DNA of 21,571 nucleotides from contig JACRKZ010000091.1 of the NCBI GenBank assembly GCA_016235455.1, positions 1-21,571 of the forward strand, in the 5' to 3' direction. Origin of the DNA: Armatimonadota bacterium (GTDB lineage Bacteria; Armatimonadota; UBA10988). Both the position numbers and the translations under genes were made by a program. The notes under the pieces are model-generated. The model worked only from the letters and a program-made list of their open reading frames with translations, searched no databases and had not been told where the DNA came from. Positions 16,585 to 21,571 of the stretch are shown piece after piece; the first letter of the stretch is position 1, and each line of letters begins with the position of its first letter.

Positions 16585-17277
16585 TCAAGAATGCGAACTG
16601 TCGCGGATGGCCGTCCAGACCGCAGTCTGGGTCTCGCTTGAGGGCCAGCGGCTGAAGCCAACGGCGCCGGATGACGCGGCATGGATCCGCAGCGGCTCCC
16701 CGCGGCAATCGAAGGCCAAGTTGATTCGGTCCAGGCAGTACGCCCTATCGCCAACCCACCGGATCGCGTTGTCGACGACGTTACGCTGCCCGCAAGCGAC
16801 CACGGTCGCGGTCACCTGGTCGTCAAGGGCCACGCCCGATAGCCGAACACTGCGCACCGCGGCAGGCCCTAGCGTCGACTCCAGCCGCTCCTTCAGCTCA
16901 CCAAGTCGGACATCCGCCTGCTCGACACCTAGCCGATCCGATGCGAACCCGGCCAAGCGCATTGTGAAGATGCTTGTCGAACGCGGCGGGTTGGTGAGGC
17001 AGAGGCCAAGCGGGCCTGGTGCGGCAAGGAAGCCCGTCGTCTCATACTCGACGCGCTCATATGGCACTTCGGTGCCTGTAGGGGTGACGACCACATCGGT
17101 AAACTGGCGGCGCATGATGAAGCGACCCAAAACCAAGGCATCGGAACGATGGTCGATCTGGAAGCCGATGCCTCGGGCCTCGTCGTACGCATCTTGCAGC
17201 ATCTGGTCCGTGAGATGCCGAAAGAGCGTTGTGTCTGCCGACCAATTGAGGACCCGCATCCGGTAGACCACCGTCAT
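16585..17277 (-). CDS. Hypothetical protein, gene 3 of a putative defence operon
   Basis: 230 aa with globular composition; ATGA overlap with the upstream gene; no motif recognised. Confidence 0.8.
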   Translation of the reverse strand: MTVVYRMRVLNWSADTTLFRHLTDQMLQDAYDEARGIGFQIDHRSDALVLGRFIMRRQFTDVVVTPTGTEVPYERVEYETTGFLAAPGPLGLCLTNPPRSTSIFTMRLAGFASDRLGVEQADVRLGELKERLESTLGPAAVRSVRLSGVALDDQVTATVVACGQRNVVDNAIRWVGDRAYCLDRINLAFDCRGEPLRIHAASSGAVGFSRWPSSETQTAVWTAIRDSSHS

Positions 17278-18464
17278 CCTGCCTCTCTGGCCATCGCTCC
17301 CTCTGACCCAGCGAGGATAGCATCGATGGACTCCTCGGCCGCTCGTTCCAGGAGCACTTGGTAACGTCGTTGCTCGTCCGAGTCGCAGGCGCGGTGAGTC
17401 TTCAACAACTGACCGTCGTTGCGTTGGCTCCTCGGGTAGATGCCACGAACCTGGTAGCAGAACTCGGTGCAGTCGGCCTCATTGCCGAAGCGGGCCTCGA
17501 AAGCGACTCGCACGCCGTTTGCCGTCTGTTCCTCAGACTCCCACGTAGCCCCACAGACGTAGAACTTGCTCGTCAGTGCTGTGTACTCGCGGCTGGCGAG
17601 CACCGTTTGGCCGCGAAGCACCATGTTCTTGACCAGACCAATCACATCGACGTCGGGCCCAAGGGCCTCTTCGAGCACGGCGTCGTCACCCGCAGCGTCA
17701 CCATAGGGCATGTCGGCCTCAGGGCGTGGTTCGGCCTCGGCCGAACTAGCCATCGCATGAGCACGGTGGAGGGAGACCTGCGTGACGTCGACCAAGACCA
17801 TCCTATCCAAGCTACGCATCATCCCCGTGAAGAAGGCGGTCCTGGCTTCGGCAGCCACTACGTTGAGTAGGCTAATAGGGCGCACCGCCGGCGGTAGCGC
17901 CTCCTCCTCACTGGGGGGCAACTGCGCGAGGAACTCATCAGCCAGCGCCTGAAGCTGGGGGTTGGCTTCATGGCGCAGGCTGTAACCCCCATCGCACCGG
18001 CTGACGACAAGCGTCCCCTCTTTGAGGCGTCGCTGCGCCAATCGCGTCTTCGAGGCATCCAACTCCGAGTACGAGACTGTCAGTTCGAACACACCGTCGG
18101 TCGGCCGGGTGATGGTGAGCACCTCGCCCCCCATCGCCGCTCGACTGGCCTTCACCACCTCCAGCGCTGCCACTACATCCGATGGCCCAGCGCTCGTGTC
18201 CATCTTCGCGAAGGTAACCCTCTCGGCGCGAGGGTTTGTATCGGTGTGATCGAGAAGTAGCCGCAAGTCGGGCCAGTCAAGGAACACGGTCGCAAGGTAG
18301 CGGACGATCTCCTCCCTCGGCTCCTGGTCCGACACTAGTATGCCGCGCCCAAGCAGGAACTCGCGAAGCACGGTCGTTGTCAACTTCTGCTTCGAGGATT
18401 CCAGCAGGTCCAGGATGTCCTTGTCGTCAGCGTAGTACAACACCGACTGCGCGCGTGCCCTCAT
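17274..18464 (-). CDS. Hypothetical protein (loosely GapS4b-like N-terminus), gene 2 of a putative defence operon
   Basis: 396 aa; ATGA overlaps on both sides; N-terminal L...L..RGI.....E....L...FL pattern; Ala/acidic-rich loop at about aa 240-275. Confidence 0.8.
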   Translation of the reverse strand: MRARAQSVLYYADDKDILDLLESSKQKLTTTVLREFLLGRGILVSDQEPREEIVRYLATVFLDWPDLRLLLDHTDTNPRAERVTFAKMDTSAGPSDVVAALEVVKASRAAMGGEVLTITRPTDGVFELTVSYSELDASKTRLAQRRLKEGTLVVSRCDGGYSLRHEANPQLQALADEFLAQLPPSEEEALPPAVRPISLLNVVAAEARTAFFTGMMRSLDRMVLVDVTQVSLHRAHAMASSAEAEPRPEADMPYGDAAGDDAVLEEALGPDVDVIGLVKNMVLRGQTVLASREYTALTSKFYVCGATWESEEQTANGVRVAFEARFGNEADCTEFCYQVRGIYPRSQRNDGQLLKTHRACDSDEQRRYQVLLERAAEESIDAILAGSEGAMAREAG

Positions 18465-19438
18465 CGGTCGTCCATCCCGATCTCGATCTCGCTGAATGTG
18501 GGTACAACCGTGGTGACTGTCTCCACGCGTACACGACCCAGGCGCTCGCGGATCTCGTCCAGGTTGTGCAGAGCCGCCACATGGTCATCGACCGCCTGGC
18601 GGAACTGTGTCACAGCGTCGCTCGCGCCTCTGGGCAGGCGCAGCCGCACCTCATCATAGTGCAGCAACTGGTACCGGAATAGGTAGTCGATCAGGTACTT
18701 GAACTCATCAGCCGATCTACCGGTCCGAGAGTAGTAGACAAGCAAGCCATGGAGGACCTTCGGCCCATCGCTATCGGTACGCTCGTACTTGGCGGCGATC
18801 AGCGGACCGGTCAGGGCCTCAACCGTGGCCGACTTGACGTGGTCGTGCCGCGCCCGCACAGTGACCAGGTCCGGGTACAGATACCCGAACCTGCTTGTGT
18901 CTATCCGCAGGCTGTGCTGCATCCGAGCGATGTCGTTGGCCACCGTGGCCAAGTACGCGATCCTGTCTGGCCCCATCACGTAGAGGCGCTGCCGCCGCGG
19001 CACGGCAAGGTCGGCCGGCCGGATCCGACCCAAGAGCTGCTCGAAGTCGGCGTCATATGCTCCGTCGTGGTTGTAGACGAATAGAAGGCCGTGTATCTCT
19101 GTCGCTTCCCCTGGCTTCACGTACCGCTCCTGCCAAGGTGAGCTTATGTTGGCACAGTGCGTCGCCTTCGAGAGCGATTGAATGGCATCCGCAATCCGAT
19201 CCTTTGAGATGGTGCCCCTGGCGTAACTCTTGAGGTCGACGTTCAGGTACACCTCTACGGCACGGTAGGGGTGGGCGTACCGGAACACCACGTCGGTTGG
19301 GTGGGTCTGTTTGTGATGCGCGGGATCCTCGCACGGCCAGTTCTGGTTCACAGGAGGCACGCGCTCCCAGCCGAAGACGCCAAACACATCGGTCGCAAGC
19401 TTGTCCGCCATTCTGGCGATCGCTTCGGTTTCGGCCAT
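18461..19438 (-). CDS. Putative PD-(D/E)XK nuclease (loosely GapS4a-like), gene 1 of a putative defence operon
   Basis: N-terminal helix, then C....HH..THPTDVVF.Y..P......LNVDLKSY followed by a helix and a GLLFVYN strand, i.e. restriction-endonuclease-fold layout. GAGGA RBS before ATG 19438. Confidence 0.75.
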   Translation of the reverse strand: MAETEAIARMADKLATDVFGVFGWERVPPVNQNWPCEDPAHHKQTHPTDVVFRYAHPYRAVEVYLNVDLKSYARGTISKDRIADAIQSLSKATHCANISSPWQERYVKPGEATEIHGLLFVYNHDGAYDADFEQLLGRIRPADLAVPRRQRLYVMGPDRIAYLATVANDIARMQHSLRIDTSRFGYLYPDLVTVRARHDHVKSATVEALTGPLIAAKYERTDSDGPKVLHGLLVYYSRTGRSADEFKYLIDYLFRYQLLHYDEVRLRLPRGASDAVTQFRQAVDDHVAALHNLDEIRERLGRVRVETVTTVVPTFSEIEIGMDDR

Positions 19439-19506
19439 GGTGTCCTCTGGCGGAGCAGGCGCAGACGGCGACCGAGGCATTTGGAGCTGCTCACACCTGA
19501 TTGCAG

Positions 19507-19535
19507 AGGATGCCATCCGGCCAAGGTCATGTCAA
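19507..19535 (-). promoter_or_regulatory. Candidate sigma-70 promoter of the three-gene operon
   Basis: Minus-strand TTGACA-17 nt-CATCCT with an extended -10 TGn, about 70 nt upstream of ATG 19438. Confidence 0.55.
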
Positions 19536-19807
19536 TGGGCTTTCTGGACAACCACGCCACGTGCGCCAAGCGATGGCCAAAGCAACAGTGTGCGTCACCA
19601 GACCGAACTAACTTGCCAACTCTCGAACGGAGACCGACCGGAATAGCCCGCCCGTGCGCGTTCGACTTGCTCGCCATCGCCAAGGACACAGTCAGCGACA
19701 GTGCGGGCCCAGCGATTGCAGGGGCGCGGTCCGCCGTTCGGACTTGCGGACGCCTCAACGGCCACCCTAGCCCGGGCTCCGTCCACACCACCGACACAAC
19801 CGCCAAC

Positions 19808-21004
19808 CTACTTCCCAGCCGCCGGAGCCGCCGGCGGGTTCGGCGCCTGCACGGGCTGCGGATAGCTGATGCCCTTGCGCGATGCCTGCACGGCGATCAT
19901 CTCCAGCACCTTCTGGTCGAACGGGTCGCCGCCACCGGCCGCGGCCAGGCGCTTGGTCTCGGCGTCGACGAAGGTCTGGCGCTTGCGGTTGAGCTCGTCG
20001 AACTGGGTCTGGAGGACCTTGCGCTTGGCGCCCTGGTCCTTGAGATAGGCCTCGCGCTCGGCCGGGCTCATCTTGCGCATGTTCTCGGGCAGTTCCTCGG
20101 TCTTCAGCTCGCCGAGCTTGGCGCGGCCCAGCGCCATGTCCTGCACCAGGTCGCCCGCGCCGCTCACCACGGCGCCGTCGAACCGGCCGCCGAGCGTGGC
20201 GACACGGTCCGCCGCCACCGACGCCGGCGCTGCCGCGGCCACGCCGGCCTTGCTGGCGATCTCCGCCTGCTGGCGCACGCTGCCGTAGGCCACGACCGTC
20301 TTGGTCATTTCGGTGTTGAGCCGCGCGATCTCGAGGTCATACGGTGTGGCGATGGCGGTCATGCCGCCGCTTTGGTCGATCTGGACGTACTTGCCCTCGC
20401 CCTTGAGCGCAATGTCGCGCCAGATCGGGCCGGTCTCACCATAGTTGCCGCACTGCACGGTGTTGACGATGATGTCGCGGCCCAGCGCGTCCTTGACCGT
20501 GTCCGGCCACTTGACATCGTCCTTGTAGTCCATGTGCGGCGGGCAGTCGCCGACCAGGAAGATGACGCGGTAGGTGTCGGAGCCAGTGCTCCAAGTGATG
20601 TCCTTCACGGCTTCGGCCAGGGCCTGGTTGACCGACTCCGGCGTGTCCCCGCCACCGCCGGCGGTGAAGGTGGTCAGGTTGGCGTACACGGCGTCGAGGT
20701 CGTCGCTGAGGTCAAACCGCTTGGTGACATACGCGTCGCCGCGGTCGCGATAGCTGACCAGCCCGATGCGCAGTTGCGGCGTGGGCTTGCCGCTGAGCAG
20801 TTGGTTGGCAATCGACCAGACCTTGCGCTTGGCGCCGTCGATCAGCCCGCCCATGGAGCCTGTGCTGTCGAGCACGAAGCAGACCTCAATCTTGGGGCCG
20901 GCGGCGGCGGCGGGCTGAGCCGCCGTGGCCGGCTTGGCCGGCTGAGCCGAGGCCAGCGAGGCGGCCCACAGGAGACCAGCGCACAACAGGGAGCAGCGTT
21001 TCAT
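19808..21004 (-). CDS. Secreted von Willebrand factor A (VWA) domain protein
   Basis: Signal peptide; MIDAS FVLDSTGSM; GLVSYRD, GGGDTPE, IFLVGDCPPH, IVNTVQCG; helical C-terminus. Confidence 0.92.
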   Translation of the reverse strand: MKRCSLLCAGLLWAASLASAQPAKPATAAQPAAAAGPKIEVCFVLDSTGSMGGLIDGAKRKVWSIANQLLSGKPTPQLRIGLVSYRDRGDAYVTKRFDLSDDLDAVYANLTTFTAGGGGDTPESVNQALAEAVKDITWSTGSDTYRVIFLVGDCPPHMDYKDDVKWPDTVKDALGRDIIVNTVQCGNYGETGPIWRDIALKGEGKYVQIDQSGGMTAIATPYDLEIARLNTEMTKTVVAYGSVRQQAEIASKAGVAAAAPASVAADRVATLGGRFDGAVVSGAGDLVQDMALGRAKLGELKTEELPENMRKMSPAEREAYLKDQGAKRKVLQTQFDELNRKRQTFVDAETKRLAAAGGGDPFDQKVLEMIAVQASRKGISYPQPVQAPNPPAAPAAGK

Positions 21005-21095
21005 GGTTCCTCTCGCAGTGATGCCCATCGGCGGCCATCGAAGCCCCTTACCCGTCACCCGAGCGCCGCGTTGACGCGGGAGTCGTCGCTATCCA

Positions 21096-21104
21096 TGCTA
21101 TACT
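21096..21104 (+). promoter_or_regulatory. Extended -10 promoter candidate for the riboswitch-glyA transcript
   Basis: TGCTATACT (TGnTATACT) about 35 nt upstream of the riboswitch. Confidence 0.5.
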
Positions 21105-21138
21105 GCCCACCTGTCGCGCTGGCGCGACAGGCTTGTAT

Positions 21139-21228
21139 GTCCGGCGAACGCGACTGGCGAGGAAGGCGTGGGCTGCACCACGGGGGAGCGTCGCTGGGCT
21201 GACAGAAAGCGGGCCGATCGCCTGGGCC
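21139..21228 (+). ncRNA. ZMP/ZTP (pfl) riboswitch
   Basis: Hallmark segments GCGACTGGCG, GTGG...CCACGGGGGAGC and 3' GCCGATCGCCTGGGC; P1 CCGGCGA.CGC/GCGTCGCTGG; located directly upstream of glyA, a typical target. Confidence 0.92.
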
Positions 21229-21254
21229 GACGCACCGCTCGGAGACTGAGAACC

Positions 21255-21571
21255 ATGGACATGCTGTCCGACCTGTTTGCCACCGACCCGACCGTCGGCC
21301 AGATCCTGCGCAACGAAGTGGACCGCCAGCGCAATACGCTGGTGCTCATCGCCAGCGAGAACTATGCCTCGCCGGCGGTGCTGGCCGCTTCGGGCACGCC
21401 GTTCGCCAACAAGTACGCCGAGGGCTATCCCACCAAGCGCTACTACAACGGCTGCGGCTTCATGGACGCGGTGGAGCAGTTGACCATCGACCGCGCCAAG
21501 GCGCTGTTCGGCTGTGAGCATGTCAATGCTCAGCCGCACGCCGGCGCGCAGGCCAACACCGCGGTCTACCA
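21255..21571 (+). CDS. glyA: Serine hydroxymethyltransferase, 3'-truncated by the window edge
   Basis: Translated by hand: [14 protein letters not shown]...[22 protein letters not shown]...[16 protein letters not shown]...[21 protein letters not shown]. Confidence 0.97.
   Translation, partial: MDMLSDLFATDPTVGQILRNEVDRQRNTLVLIASENYASPAVLAASGTPFANKYAEGYPTKRYYNGCGFMDAVEQLTIDRAKALFGCEHVNAQPHAGAQANTAVY

Noticed and set aside
21071-21076. TTGACG as the -35 for glyA
   Set aside because: It lies 22 nt from TATACT, too far for sigma-70 spacing.
19271-21202. 643-aa + strand ORF
   Set aside because: Mostly antisense to the VWA gene and overlapping the nuclease gene start; no recognisable domain.
21048-21539. 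163-aa minus-strand ORF
   Set aside because: Antisense to glyA and the riboswitch; the track missed glyA because it has no stop codon in the window.

Overview
GC-rich bacterial DNA (lineage cannot be assigned from sequence alone) with about 18 real CDS; most other ORFs in the track are GC-rich shadow frames. Left end: a DUF2357/PD-(D/E)XK McrC-like nuclease (5'-truncated) followed by an NxD-type McrB-like GTPase. The GTPase carries two tandem PUA/EVE-like modules and an apparent B3-like domain inserted inside the GTPase. Next comes a strongly divergent sigma-54-like gene with a -24/-12 site abutting its own RBS, transcribed divergently from hcp (hybrid cluster protein). The middle holds mostly secreted, redox and carbohydrate-related genes: a thioredoxin-like protein, a Trx/CxxCH/PDZ protein, a GH-A-like hydrolase, an ankyrin protein, a UroD family protein, DUF1080, an msrBA fusion and a beta-helix protein, with several REP-like hairpins between them. 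At about 16.4-19.8 kb lies a compositionally distinct insert: a decayed RAYT-like transposase fragment and a tightly coupled three-gene operon led by a PD-(D/E)XK nuclease. This operon is the best candidate for an uncharacterised anti-phage system. Right end: a VWA protein, a ZMP/ZTP riboswitch and the start of glyA.
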